Assembly: GCA_963666735.1 (NCBI GenBank)
Contig: OY762926.1
Location: 1,856,001 to 1,920,000, forward strand
Length of the DNA stretch: 64,000 bases
Direction of reading: 5' to 3'
Origin: Gemmatimonadota bacterium
GTDB taxonomy: Bacteria > Gemmatimonadota > Gemmatimonadetes > Palauibacterales > Palauibacteraceae
Part shown: one piece after another, positions 10,801-20,550 of the stretch
How positions within the stretch are numbered: the first letter of the stretch is position 1
Layout of the letters: the number at the start of each line of letters is the position of its first letter
Position numbers and translations under genes: made by a program
Notes under the pieces: generated by a model
What the model was told of the DNA's origin: nothing
The model's database searches: none
The model's input: only the letters and a program-made list of their open reading frames with translations

Positions 10801-11263
10801 CGTCGGCCGCCGGGACCGGAAGGTCCTGCGCCGACAGCCGCTCCACCGTGAACGGGAGCTTGATCTGCGGCGTCTCGCCGACCACCCCCGTCACGACGAT
10901 GTCCTGGAGACGAAGAGCCGTCTGCTCCACGGCGAAGTCGGCCGTCGCAACCTGGCCCGACGCCACCGTCACCGTCTGCGACAGCTCGTGGTAACCGATC
11001 AGGCGGATCGTCACCGTCTGCTCGCCCGCCGGTACGCCTTCCAACCGGTACGTGCCCTCTGGACCCGACAGCGTACCGATCACTGTTCCCGCAACGAACA
11101 CCTGCGCACCGGCCACCGGGGCCAGCGACTCCGCGTCGGTCACGGTCCCCGAGATCGCTCCCTGAGCGAGCAGCGGGGCCGCGCCGATAAAGAGCCAGGC
11201 GCTCAATGCTGTAGCGGTCAGCGCGCTCGCGCGCCGCCGCCGTCCTGACAAATGAAACAACAT
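7880..11263 (-). CDS. SusC/RagA-family TonB-dependent receptor, copy 3
   Basis: Same architecture as copy 2; ATG 11263 preceded by AGGAGGG; ends SAELVF. Confidence 0.93.
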   Translation of the reverse strand: MLFHLSGRRRRASALTATALSAWLFIGAAPLLAQGAISGTVTDAESLAPVAGAQVFVAGTVIGTLSGPEGTYRLEGVPAGEQTVTIRLIGYHELSQTVTVASGQVATADFAVEQTALRLQDIVVTGVVGETPQIKLPFTVERLSAQDLPVPAADASSLLAGKAAGVSVISASGQPGSEATITLRGPTSINSAGRSMSPLIVIDGVIQAEGASLSDVGALDIDHVEIVKGAAAASLYGSRAQNGVIEISTKRGTGLQTNSLNITGRGEYGFGQLVGDVGLVRSHPYEMNASGTKFIDSEGNEVDFGDLNRPGFGSARLYNQIAPGDPATPQTAFANQAFPNELFDHMDTFFDPGETMDLYGAVTGRFGESSFRVSVNQFREGGVVSCSVCIDNLATLNADRVAQGLTAFDVGVPNDEGFERQNVRLNVDTRFGDLDIAASGFYSRSDQDDKAVSTGAFSRLTFMSPALDISQVDPTDGYPDLNADPQSIEPNPLYLLAVNDSRDERTRTMGSVDLNFSPAAIDWLTLEANASFDRTDWSDYTIRPKNERTAGGGGTGDFTGGSLEERNSVNEAVNASVTLGASQTFMDGDLTVRGKARYLIEDQVFESNGVFGSRFSVQDVPNFGAIIGETSGENLTEGIKSEGLFGIASADYLGRYILDGLIRRDGSSLFGPDERWQTYYRGSVAWRVSQEDFWNIDAIDELKLRFSLGTAGGRPRFTAQYETFGVSAGAIFPINLGNRALKPEFTSEKEAGLNFVFFDNLGLDLTYAWQTTDQQLLQVPQPAFVGFSSQWQNAGEIAAETYEVSLRYAAIDEQDLGLQFRLNWDRTQQEITRLDVPDFTQGGNFFVSEGRPLGELWGELWATSCADLAPIGVSASDCSANFQVNDDGLLVPTGGAAFTEGFSKKLWGTQVEVATADGSNSYDWGLPIKVQDYSPACVSKNPGNYEEMCTLTEFLPFGNTTPDFNASFATNFRYHGLSVNALLETSQGQSIYNGTAQWSLRELRGEDTDQTGKPLEHNKPVGYASAIYSVNADNSWFREDGSWVKLRELSLGYTLPQNMVESLFSDIFDRVTLNVIGRNLFTITDYRGYDPEVGRATGSLQNAALNRVDSFGYPNFRTFTFSAELVF

Positions 11264-11711
11264 GGATCTCCCTCCTGTGGCAGTGGGATCCTCTGCGACC
11301 CGAACCTTGTTCGAGGGCCGAACCCTCGCCCGACGCAGCCGGGTCATTACACCGCGTCGAGACCAGCCTGAAAAGCACTTCGGTTCTCGTTAGCCTGCAC
11401 GTCGTGTCGTGTCACTACTCCTTTACAACGATTGGCGGCACCGTTTTGCGACGCACCGGACGCCGCGATGCCGAATGCAGCGCCCGCGGCGAGCCGAAAC
11501 CCCGCTCCCCGTCACGCGCCGAAGCCCGACGGTTCCCATGCGCGTCCCACACGCATCCCGCGCATCCGGTGCGGCCTTTCGGCGCACACCCGCAGCTTCC
11601 CCGACGAACGGGACCGGGCAACATGAACGCGAACTTCGGCCCGTGCAAGACCCTCGCGGAGGCCGTGACGGGACCGCCTGCGCGGGCGTCGGGCCTGTGA
11701 AACCCGAGACA

Positions 11712-12923
11712 TCAGGATCGGAGAGAGACCCGCGCGAACGCTCGCTTGCCTCGCTGCACGAGATACTCGCCTTCTCCCAGGCGGAGGTCGCCCTCCCGGA
11801 TCACGTTCCCGTCCACCCGGACGGCCCCCTGGCGGATGAGTCGACCCGCCTCGGACGAGGAAGCCGCGAGCCCCGAATCGCGGAGGATGTGCGCGATCCA
11901 GAGCGTCTCCCGCTCTCCGAGAAGGAGCGACACGGAAGGGACGTTCTCGGGCACTTCCCGGCGTCGGTGCAGGCGGTCGAACGCTTCCCGCGCCTCGCCG
12001 GCCGCCTCCGCGCCGTGGTAGCGCGCCACGAGATCTCCGGCCAGCCACCGCTTGGCGGCGAGCGGATCGGTCCCCGCCTGTGCGCGACGGGTGGCGAGTT
12101 CCTCTCCGGAGGCGCTCGATACGAGCACGAGCCACTCGTCGAGCAGCGTGTCCGGGATCGACATCACCCGCCCGAACGTCTCTCTCGCCTCCATCGCGAT
12201 ACCGACGTAGTTGCCGTAGCTCTTGGACATCTTCCGATGCCCGTCGGTCCCGCGCAGAAGCGGCATGATGAGGCACACCTGCGGCTCCTGGCCCGCGCGT
12301 TCCTGCAGCGTCCTCCCCAGCAGCAGGTTGAACAGCTGGTCGGTACCGCCGAGTTCGACATCGGCCCGCAGGGCGACGGAATCGTACCCCTGCATCATCG
12401 GATAGAGGAATTCGACGAGGCTGATGGGACGTCCCTCCCGGTGGCGGGCCGCGAAGTCGTCGCGCTCGAGCATGCGGGCGACCGTGTACTGCGAGGTCAG
12501 TCGCAGGATGTCCGCCAACGCGAGGCCGGCGAGCCATTCGCTGTTCTTCCGGATCTCGGTCGTCTCCGGATCGAGGATGCGAAAGACCTGGTCTTCGTAG
12601 GTGGCCAGGTTCGACTCGATCTCCTCCTCGGACAGCATCGGCCGCGTCTCGTCCCGTCCGCTCGGGTCGCCCACGCGGGCCGTGAAGTCGCCCATCACGA
12701 AGACGACGCGGTGGCCGAGTTCCTGAAATGTCCGCAGCTTGTGGATCGACACGCCGTGGCCGATGTGGAGATCGGGCCGGGTCGGGTCGAACCCCTGTTT
12801 AATAAGGAGGGGCCGGTTCTCTCGTGCCGAACGCTCGAGCTTGGCCACGAGTTCGTCTTCCGGGACGATGGACTCGGCTCCCTCCCGGATCCGGTGGATC
12901 TGTTCGTCTACGGGGAGAAACAT
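11712..12923 (-). CDS. tyrS: Tyrosine--tRNA ligase (block A)
   Basis: [13 protein letters not shown] (HIGH) and KMSKS motifs, C-terminal S4-like domain. Confidence 0.97.
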   Translation of the reverse strand: MFLPVDEQIHRIREGAESIVPEDELVAKLERSARENRPLLIKQGFDPTRPDLHIGHGVSIHKLRTFQELGHRVVFVMGDFTARVGDPSGRDETRPMLSEEEIESNLATYEDQVFRILDPETTEIRKNSEWLAGLALADILRLTSQYTVARMLERDDFAARHREGRPISLVEFLYPMMQGYDSVALRADVELGGTDQLFNLLLGRTLQERAGQEPQVCLIMPLLRGTDGHRKMSKSYGNYVGIAMEARETFGRVMSIPDTLLDEWLVLVSSASGEELATRRAQAGTDPLAAKRWLAGDLVARYHGAEAAGEAREAFDRLHRRREVPENVPSVSLLLGERETLWIAHILRDSGLAASSSEAGRLIRQGAVRVDGNVIREGDLRLGEGEYLVQRGKRAFARVSLRS

Positions 12924-13079
12924 CTGCGCCTGGGGTCGGTATATTCCCTATCGTTCCCGTCGCGGGTCGTTCCCGCCCGGGGGCAGCGTGACGATAGAAT
13001 CGGGCCGTCGGCGGTTCGATGCGAGGGGTGAGGTCCGGAAGAACGTGAACGGCCGGGAGATGGCAGGGGGGAAACGGGG

Positions 13080-15266
13080 ATGATCCGTCGACGACGAGTT
13101 GCGCGCCGGTCGCGGGCCGCGAAGAAGAAGAAGAAGAAGCGGACGCCCGCCCGCCTGGCCGGGCTCATACCGCGGCGGGCTCTGCTGCTCGCCGTTCTCA
13201 TCGGCGGCGGGCTGGGGGGGGGCGTGGCATGGCGCGGATGGACGCACCTGTGCGACGAGTGTCCCTCCATCGCGCAGATACACGCGTTCGAGCCCAAGGA
13301 AGCGACGAAGCTCTACGCGGCGGACGGATCGCTCCTTGCCGAACTCGCCATCGAGCGGCGGACCGCGATCCCCATGGAGGACCTCCCGCGACATGTGTAC
13401 AACGCCTTCATCGCGGTAGAGGACAAGCGCTTCTGGGGGCACGCGGGGGTGGATCTGCTGCGGACGACGCGGGCCTTTTTCGATTTCCTGATGAGGGGGT
13501 ACGGGGCCGCGGGCGGCAGTTCGATCACGCAACAGCTCGCGGGGAACATGTTCGAGAGTTCCGTGAACCGCCGCGACATCAGCATCCGGAGGAAGCTGCG
13601 CGAGATGCGGGTCGCGATCGATCTCGAGGGAGCTTACAGCAAGTGGGAGATCCTCGAAGCCTACCTCAACCAGATCAACTTCGGCGGCGTGTTCGGGGTT
13701 CAGGCCGCGGCGGAGCGTTACTTCGGGAAGACCGCTGCGCAGCTCAATCTGCCGGAGGCGGCGCTGCTCGCGGCCATCCCCCGGAATCCGGCGGGGTACA
13801 ACCCGATCCGGCGCCCCGAGCGGGCCATCGGGCGGCGCAATCTCGTCCTTCAACTGATGGCCGCCCAGGGACTCGTGAGCATCGAGGACGCCGAGGCGGC
13901 GAAGGCGTACCCGCTGGAACTCGCGAGGGGAGCCCGCATCGAGCAGGACGCGCCCTACTTCGTGGAATGGGTGCGGCAGCGGCTCTACGATCGATACGGC
14001 ACCGACATCTACGAGAAGGGGTTCCGCGTCTACACGACGCTCGACCCGGATCTTCAGACGGTCGCGGATTCCGCGCTGCTGGCCCAGCTGGAGTGGGTGG
14101 ACCGCCACCCGGCCTATCGCGGCGTCACCTTCGAGGAAGTGCGGGCGTGGCCGCCCGACAGCCTGTACCAGGTGAGCCGCGGAGGCGCGGAGATGCCCTA
14201 CGTGCAGGGGATGTTCATCGCGCTGGACGCGGCGACCGGTGACGTGCGGGCGATGGTGGGCGGGCGAGATTTCGGCGACTCCGAGTTCAACCGGGCGACC
14301 CAGGCCATTCGGCAGCCGGGGTCCGTGTTCAAGCCGTTCGTGTACGCGACGGCGATCGCGTCCGGCATCCCGGCATCGGAGATCATCTACGACCAGCCGT
14401 ACTACCTCGAGAATGTCGGCGGCGACCCCTACGCGCCGCGCAACTTCGACAACGACTTCAAGGGTCCGCTGACCCTGCGGCGGGCGCTGGCCCGGTCCAT
14501 TAACATCGTGGCGGTCAAGCTGGGGCAGCGCGTGGGCGAGGAATCCTTCGCGCAGATGGCCGAGCGCATGGGCATCTCATCGAGTGTGCCGCGGGTGCCG
14601 TCGGCCGCGATCGGCTCCATGGACGTTCGTCCGATCGAGATTGCCAGCGCCTACAGCACCTTCGCGAACCTCGGCGTCCGCGTCTCTCCCCGGTCGATCC
14701 TCCGCGTGGAGAGCAGGGACGGCCGCGTGCTCTGGGAGAGCCGGGTCCAGCGCGAGCGGGTGCTGGAGCCGGACATCGCCTGGATCGCCCAGTCCATGCT
14801 GCGCGACGCGGTGGACCAGGGTACCGGGACGCTGGCGGTGAGGTCTCGCTATGCGATTCCCTTCTCCATACCGGTAGCGGGCAAGACGGGGACGACGAAC
14901 GATGCGACGAACACCTGGTTCGTCGGGCTCACGCCGGACCTCGTGACGACCACGTGGATCGGGCTCGACCGGCCCCGGCGCATCTATACGGGCGCCACGG
15001 GGGGAGGCACGGCGGCGCCGGTCGGAGCGGCGGTGCTCGCGCACTACTACGAGACGCACGAACACCCCGACGCGTGGGAACGACCGCCCGGCCTCATCGA
15101 GCGAACGGTGGACGAGACGACGGGACTGCTGTCCACGCGCTGGTGTCCGATCGACGTCAGCTACGTCGAGATCTACCTCGAGGGGACGGAACCGACCGAG
15201 ATGTGCGACGCGCATGGCCCGTGGAGCGCGCAGACCCCCGCCCGGCGGAATTTCGCGCCACACTAG
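13080..15266 (+). CDS. Class A penicillin-binding protein, PBP1A family (block A)
   Basis: Transglycosylase motifs EDKRF, GGSSITQQL, RKLRE; transpeptidase motifs SVFK, SIN, KTG. Confidence 0.95.
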   Translation: MIRRRRVARRSRAAKKKKKKRTPARLAGLIPRRALLLAVLIGGGLGGGVAWRGWTHLCDECPSIAQIHAFEPKEATKLYAADGSLLAELAIERRTAIPMEDLPRHVYNAFIAVEDKRFWGHAGVDLLRTTRAFFDFLMRGYGAAGGSSITQQLAGNMFESSVNRRDISIRRKLREMRVAIDLEGAYSKWEILEAYLNQINFGGVFGVQAAAERYFGKTAAQLNLPEAALLAAIPRNPAGYNPIRRPERAIGRRNLVLQLMAAQGLVSIEDAEAAKAYPLELARGARIEQDAPYFVEWVRQRLYDRYGTDIYEKGFRVYTTLDPDLQTVADSALLAQLEWVDRHPAYRGVTFEEVRAWPPDSLYQVSRGGAEMPYVQGMFIALDAATGDVRAMVGGRDFGDSEFNRATQAIRQPGSVFKPFVYATAIASGIPASEIIYDQPYYLENVGGDPYAPRNFDNDFKGPLTLRRALARSINIVAVKLGQRVGEESFAQMAERMGISSSVPRVPSAAIGSMDVRPIEIASAYSTFANLGVRVSPRSILRVESRDGRVLWESRVQRERVLEPDIAWIAQSMLRDAVDQGTGTLAVRSRYAIPFSIPVAGKTGTTNDATNTWFVGLTPDLVTTTWIGLDRPRRIYTGATGGGTAAPVGAAVLAHYYETHEHPDAWERPPGLIERTVDETTGLLSTRWCPIDVSYVEIYLEGTEPTEMCDAHGPWSAQTPARRNFAPH

Positions 15267-15281
15267 CCGCTTACCCGCCGT

Positions 15282-16583
15282 TCAGGCGATCCGCTCCAGA
15301 ATCAGCGGTTGCGCCCCGGGTGGCTCGGGAGAGAGCCGGATCGCGTCCGTGAGGCGGTGGGCGGCCGTCGCGGCGCTCGCCGCGTCCGCCGCGTGTACGG
15401 TGAGGACAGGTTCGCTTTCGGAGACCCTCTCGCCCGCAATCCGGTGAAACTCGAACCCCACTCTCGGATCGACCGCATCCTCGACGCGCCGGCGACCGGC
15501 GCCGAGTTCCACCGAGGCGACGCCCACCCTGCGGGCGTGGACGTCGAGCCAACCGGAGCCGGGCGATCGGAAGGGTTCGCGGACCGGGGCCGAGGGGAGG
15601 CGCCCGGGATCGTCGGCCACCCGTGGGTCCCCTCCCTGGACCTCGATGAGCCGCGCGAAGCGCTCGAGCGCGACCCCGCTGTCCAGAATCGCTCCGAGTG
15701 CCGTCCGGGCCTCCCCGGCGTCGGGTGCGCCACCGACCGAGACGAGCAACTCGGCGCTCAGCGCGAGGGTGACTTCGCGTAGATCCGCGGGTCCCCCGCC
15801 CCTCAAGGTCTCGATCGCCTCTCGCACCTCCAGCGCGTTGCCGACGGTGCGGCCCAGGGGGGCGTCCATCGCGGTGAGGAGCGCGCTCGTCCGCACCCCC
15901 TCGGCTGCCGCGAGGTCGACCATCGTGCGCGCCAATCCACGCGCCTGCTCACGGTCGGCGATGAAGGCGCCGCGCCCGCACTTCACGTCGAGCACGAGCG
16001 CCCCGATCCCCTCCGCCACCTTCTTGGAAACGATCGAGGCCGCGATCAGGGGTGGGGAAGGAACGGTCCCCGTCACATCCCGGAGGGCGTAGAGACGACC
16101 GTCGAGCGGCGCGATTTCCTTCGTCTGGCCGATCATCGCGCAGCCGACGTCATCGAGAATGGCCTGAAACCGTACGAGATCCAGGGACACGTTGAACCCG
16201 GGGATCGCCTCGAGCTTGTCCAGCGTTCCGCCGGTGTGCCCGAGACCGCGGCCCGACATCATGGGGACGCGAAATCCGGCTTCGGCCAGGAGCGGCGCCA
16301 GGATGAGCGAGACCTTGTCGCCGACGCCGCCGGTGGAATGCTTGTCGACCGTCGGCGGACCGTCTTCCGAGAACCGCAGTCGCGCCCCGGACTCGATGAT
16401 CTCCCGCAGGAGGACGGAAAGCTCGGCGGGATCCAGCCCGCGGATGAACGCGGCCATGAGAAAGGCCGACATCTGATACTCGGCGACGCTTCCGTCGAGG
16501 TACGCGCGCAGGAAGGCCGCGAGTTCGTCGGACGAGAGCCGCTCGCCGTCTCGCTTCTTCTCGATGAGCCGGGTGGGGAGCAT
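15282..16583 (-). CDS. pdp: Thymidine/pyrimidine-nucleoside phosphorylase (block A)
   Basis: Starts MLPTRLIEKKRDG; motifs DKHSTGGVGDK and SGRGLGHTGGTLDKLEAIPG. Confidence 0.95.
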   Translation of the reverse strand: MLPTRLIEKKRDGERLSSDELAAFLRAYLDGSVAEYQMSAFLMAAFIRGLDPAELSVLLREIIESGARLRFSEDGPPTVDKHSTGGVGDKVSLILAPLLAEAGFRVPMMSGRGLGHTGGTLDKLEAIPGFNVSLDLVRFQAILDDVGCAMIGQTKEIAPLDGRLYALRDVTGTVPSPPLIAASIVSKKVAEGIGALVLDVKCGRGAFIADREQARGLARTMVDLAAAEGVRTSALLTAMDAPLGRTVGNALEVREAIETLRGGGPADLREVTLALSAELLVSVGGAPDAGEARTALGAILDSGVALERFARLIEVQGGDPRVADDPGRLPSAPVREPFRSPGSGWLDVHARRVGVASVELGAGRRRVEDAVDPRVGFEFHRIAGERVSESEPVLTVHAADAASAATAAHRLTDAIRLSPEPPGAQPLILERIA

Positions 16584-16595
16584 GAGCCGCCAACC

Positions 16596-16624
16596 TTGTC
16601 CGGCCCCGGCCCCCTGTCTAGCTT
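16596..16624 (+). promoter_or_regulatory. Sigma70-like promoter of V4R-ruvX-mltG-thiE
   Basis: TTGTCC-N17-TAGCTT; conserved in the diverged block B (29958-29986) although the flanks differ. Confidence 0.6.
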
Positions 16625-16631
16625 TTTCGCG

Positions 16632-17129
16632 ATGATCTCCCCCACTCAGGCCCCTGCCGTGATCCTGCCGAGATCGGTCCTCGCGGATCTCTTTCACCGC
16701 TGCGCGAGCCTGGGCGACGCCGGCATCGCGGCGTTGAACGAGGCGGGGGACCGTACCGGCGCGGCGGCCGTCGCGCTGCTCGGCGATTCGCCGGACGCGC
16801 TTTCCGCGGCGGAGTTCTGGACCTTTCTGGACGAGATCCTCCGCAAGGCGGGCCTCGGGTCGATATCGTTCAAGCCGGGAGGAGGAGCTTCCGCCGCCAT
16901 CGCCTGGCGCGACTCGCCGGAGGCCACGACGGCCGGGAATGTCCGCTGCCACTTTTCGGCCGCGCTGTTGCGCGGCGTTCTGAGCCGTGTGGCGGACCGC
17001 GCGGTGGAGGTCGCCGAGGTGCAATGCAGCGGCGGCGGGGAGCCATGCTGGTTCGTGTTCGGATCCGCGGAGGCGATCGAACGACTGCGGATCGGTGGTC
17101 AATCGGGGGCCGGGGACCAGGCGCACTGA
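16632..17129 (+). CDS. V4R-domain protein
   Basis: 165 aa; C-terminal CHFSAALLRGVLS...VAEVQCSGGGEPCWF matches the V4R Cys/Glu pattern. Confidence 0.75.
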   Translation: MISPTQAPAVILPRSVLADLFHRCASLGDAGIAALNEAGDRTGAAAVALLGDSPDALSAAEFWTFLDEILRKAGLGSISFKPGGGASAAIAWRDSPEATTAGNVRCHFSAALLRGVLSRVADRAVEVAEVQCSGGGEPCWFVFGSAEAIERLRIGGQSGAGDQAH

Positions 17130-17131
17130 GC

Positions 17132-17596
17132 GTGCCCCGCGGTCGTTTGATGGCGCTCGACTACGGCCGGCGCCGCATCGGGGTGGCCGTCACGGATCCG
17201 ACACAAACGATCGCGGCGCCCCACGGCGTGGTGGAGAGACCCAACCGACGGGCTCCGGGAACCGCGATCCCGGGCGCGCTGACCGAACTCGTGGCGGAAA
17301 TGGATCCGTCCGGCATCCTCGTGGGTATTCCGTTCTCGATGGATGGGACCGCAGGCGAGATGGCTGAAGAGGCGCGGGCCTTCGCCCGGGCTTTGGAGGA
17401 AGCGACGGGAGTACGAACGATCGAGTGGGATGAGCGGTTGTCCACCGCCCGGGCGGAACGAGAGATCCTCAGCATGGATCCGCCTCGAGGCCGGCGGCGG
17501 CGGAAGGGCCGGACGGACGAAATGGCCGCGGCGCTGATGCTCGCCGCTTACCTGCGCAGCGCCCCTGCGGGTGCCGGCGTCCCCCGAGGCCCGTGA
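17132..17596 (+). CDS. ruvX: Holliday junction resolvase-like RuvX/YqgF (block A)
   Basis: ALDYGRRRIGVAVTD, WDERLST and DEMAAALML motifs; start is GTG 17132 or ATG 17150. Confidence 0.93.
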   Translation: MPRGRLMALDYGRRRIGVAVTDPTQTIAAPHGVVERPNRRAPGTAIPGALTELVAEMDPSGILVGIPFSMDGTAGEMAEEARAFARALEEATGVRTIEWDERLSTARAEREILSMDPPRGRRRRKGRTDEMAAALMLAAYLRSAPAGAGVPRGP

Positions 17597-18624
17597 AACT
17601 CCTGCCGAAACGGACGGGCGTTCGCCTGCTCCTCGCCGCTCTCGCTGCCCTCGCGCCCGTGGCATACGGGTTCTTCTCCGTCGAGTTCCGGGGCCGCGGC
17701 GTTCCCGATGGGTCGGTGGTCGAGGTCCTTGTCCCGGATGGCGCCGCGTCGCTCGAGGTCGCCGGCGTACTCCGGGCGGCGGAGTTGATCTTCCATCCCC
17801 GGATCTTCGACGCGTACGTGCGCCTCAAGGGTCAGGGGCGACAACTGAAGGCCGGCCGGTACGAGATTCCGCGCGGAGCCCCATATCCATACCTGCTCGA
17901 AGCGCTTCGAACCGGAGCGGTCGTGACGACGCCGCTCACGATCCCGGAGGGTCTTCGGGTCCCGCAGGTGGCGGAACGCCTGGCGGTCTACGTCGGCGAT
18001 TCGACCGCGACCGTCCTTGCCTGGCTGACGGATCCGAAGCGGATCGATGAGCTGGAGGTGCCGGGCCCCACGCTGGAGGGGTACCTGTTCCCGGAGACCT
18101 ATCGATTCGCCGATGGTGTCGGAATCCCGGTCATCGTCCGGGCGATCGTCGGACGGTACAGGGGTTTCTGGGGGATGGAGGAGCGCGCTCAAGCTGCCGC
18201 GCTCGGCCTCGATGAACGAGAGATCGTGACGCTCGCGAGCATTGTCGAGAAGGAAGTCCGGTGGGACGACGAGCGTTCGGTGGTCGCGGGGGTCTACTGG
18301 AACCGCCTTCAGCGCGACATGCTGCTGCAGGCGGATCCCACGGTGCAGTACGCCCTCGGCGAGCCGCGCGCACGCCTGCTCTACCGCGACATCGACTCCG
18401 TCGCCGATCACCCCTACAACACCTACACGCAGCAGGGACTGCCGCCCGGGCCCATCGCTTCGCCGGGCGCGGCCTCGCTGCACGCCGCCCTCCGGCCCGC
18501 CGACCACGAGTACATCTTCTTTGTGGCACGAAATGACGGCTCGCACGAGTTCACCCGGACGCTGCGCGAGCACAACAACGCGATAAACCGGATACGCCTC
18601 GACCGCGAGCCGGCGGAACGGTAG
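17593..18624 (+). CDS. mltG: Endolytic transglycosylase MltG (block A)
   Basis: TIPEG, LEGYLFPETY, LASIVEKE, LQADPTVQY, PYNTY..GLPPGPI motifs. Confidence 0.95.
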   Translation: MKLLPKRTGVRLLLAALAALAPVAYGFFSVEFRGRGVPDGSVVEVLVPDGAASLEVAGVLRAAELIFHPRIFDAYVRLKGQGRQLKAGRYEIPRGAPYPYLLEALRTGAVVTTPLTIPEGLRVPQVAERLAVYVGDSTATVLAWLTDPKRIDELEVPGPTLEGYLFPETYRFADGVGIPVIVRAIVGRYRGFWGMEERAQAAALGLDEREIVTLASIVEKEVRWDDERSVVAGVYWNRLQRDMLLQADPTVQYALGEPRARLLYRDIDSVADHPYNTYTQQGLPPGPIASPGAASLHAALRPADHEYIFFVARNDGSHEFTRTLREHNNAINRIRLDREPAER

Positions 18625-18637
18625 GACGAGAAGAACC

Positions 18638-18909
18638 ATGCCCGGCTCGCCCACGTCAGATGGCTGGCCTCTGATGGTGATCACGCACCCGCGGCCCGCC
18701 TGCGGCCAGCCGCTCGAGCGGGTCGTGGCCGAATGCGTGGACGCCGGGGCACCCGCGATCCAACTCCGGGACAAGACCGCGGACGGCCGGGCGCTCGCCA
18801 CGACCGCCGCGAGGCTCCGCGCGATCACGGAGTCCGCAGGCTCCAACCTGATCGTGAACGACCGTCTCGATGTCGCGCTCGCCACCGGCGCGGACGGCGT
18901 CCATCTCGG
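18638..18909 (+). pseudogene. thiE: Thiamine-phosphate synthase, truncated at the inversion junction (block A)
   Basis: QLRDK and VNDRLDVALATGADGVHLG, then an abrupt switch into inverted sequence at 18910. Confidence 0.85.
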
Positions 18910-18929
18910 TCGAGAGGCTTACGGGAAGC

Positions 18930-19535
18930 TTAGGGACGCCGGGCGAGATTGAGGAGGCTGCGCACAACCTGGGAGGGCTCGGGGGCGTGCATGACCGCGC
19001 CCAGGACGGCGATGGCGGCGCCGGTGGCGAAGACGGCTGGGGCGTTACGGGCGGTGATGCCCCCGATGCCGAAACAGGGAATCCCGCTTGAGCGAAGCAC
19101 GGCTCGCACGCGCTCGGGACCGACGGCCTCATGGGCCAGGCCGGGCTTGGAGTGCGTCCCGAACACGGCCCCGACGCCGAGATAGTCGGCGCCGGCGCGG
19201 GCCGCGCGGCGGGCTTCGGTGGGATCGTCGGTGGAGTAACCGATGAGGAAGCCCTTGGGAGCGAGTTCGCGCGCGGCGTGGAGGGGGAGGTCGTCCGGGC
19301 CGAGGTGGACGCCGTCGGCCCCGGCGGCGAGGGCGACGTCTAGGCGGTCGTTGACGATGAGAAGCGCGCCGGAGCCGTCCATGGCGGCGCGGAGGGCCGC
19401 GGCTTGGGCGGTGAGCGCCCGTGCGTCGGCGGTCTTGTCGCGAAGCTGAATGACCGGCACCCCGGCGGCCACGCACTCGGCGACGACTTGGTGCAGGGGG
19501 CGACCGCTGCGCGGGCGGGGATGCGTCAGCACCAT
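18930..19535 (-). CDS. thiE: Thiamine-phosphate synthase (block B, arm 1)
   Basis: QLRDK, NDRLD, GVHLGPDD, DYLGVGAVFGTHSK, GIGGI motifs; full length. Confidence 0.92.
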   Translation of the reverse strand: MVLTHPRPRSGRPLHQVVAECVAAGVPVIQLRDKTADARALTAQAAALRAAMDGSGALLIVNDRLDVALAAGADGVHLGPDDLPLHAARELAPKGFLIGYSTDDPTEARRAARAGADYLGVGAVFGTHSKPGLAHEAVGPERVRAVLRSSGIPCFGIGGITARNAPAVFATGAAIAVLGAVMHAPEPSQVVRSLLNLARRP

Positions 19536-19576
19536 GACCCGGGCGGCCGCCAGGCGCGAGCGTGGGCCGGGCGGCG

Positions 19577-20550
19577 TCAGCGTTGGGCGGCGTCGCGCGC
19601 GAGCCGGATGCGGTTTCGGGCGTCGTTGTGCTCGCGCAGCGTGCGCGTGAACTCGTGCCGCCCGTCACCCCGCGCCACGAAGAAGATGTAGTCGTGCTCG
19701 GCGGGGTGGAGGGCGGCGCGCAGCGACGCGGCCCCCGGCGAGGCGATCGGACCCGGCGGCAGCCCCGGCTGCGTGTACGTGTTATACGGGTGATCCGCGA
19801 CCGAATCGATATCGCGATACAGGAGCCGCGCGCGCGGTTCCCCGAGGGCGAACTGCACGGTCGGATCGGCTTGGAGGAGCATCCCCCTCCGCAGACGGTT
19901 CCAATACACGCCGGAGACGGTGCGCCGCTCGTCCCCCCATAGGACCTCCTTCTCGACGATACTGGCGAGCGTCACGACCTCCCGCTCCTCCATCCCGATT
20001 TCAGCGGCGCGCGCGCCCTCCTCCTCACCCCAGAACGCCTTGTACCGGCCGACCATGGCGGTCACGATCGCCGGGACCCCGACCCCTTCCGCGAAGCGGT
20101 ACGTCTCGGGGAAGAGGTAGCCCTCGAGCGTGGGGCCTCTCCCGTGTACTCCGCGATCCGTTCCGCCACGGCTTCGACCCGCAGGCCCTCCGGGATCGTG
20201 AGCGGGGTGGTGGCGACGGCCCCGTCGCGCAGAACCTTGAGCAGGTAGGCGTACGATGCACCGCGCGGGATTTCGTACCGGCCGGCCTTCAGGACTCGCG
20301 CCGCACCCCGAAGGCGAACGTAGGTGTCGAAGATGCGCGCATGGAAGATCAGCTCCTCCGCCTCGAGAAGACGCGCGATCTGCCGCGACGAGAAGCCCGC
20401 GGGCACGCGGATATCGATCGCCGATCCATCCGGGATGCCGGGTCCCCGAAACTCGGTGGAAAGGAACCCGTACACCACCGGCGCCGCGGCCACCAACGCG
20501 GCGGCGAGCAGACCGCGGCGCGTCCTCGGTGGCGGCGGCGCGCGGGTCAT
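19577..20550 (-). pseudogene. mltG: mltG with internal deletion and frameshift (block B, arm 1)
   Basis: N-part ...ERIAEYTGE and C-part GPTLEGYLFP are in different frames; about 20 codons present in block A are missing near 20140. Confidence 0.85.

Noticed and set aside
11430..11450. Possible sigma54 promoter (GGCACCGTTTTGC)
   Set aside because: GG-to-GC spacing is one base short of the strict consensus and it faces away from susC
13122..13222. (AAG)6 run and G9 tract near the start of PBP1A as phase-variation signals
   Set aside because: Both are in frame, encode a basic tail and Gly-rich TM segment of a housekeeping enzyme, and are absent from the block B copy
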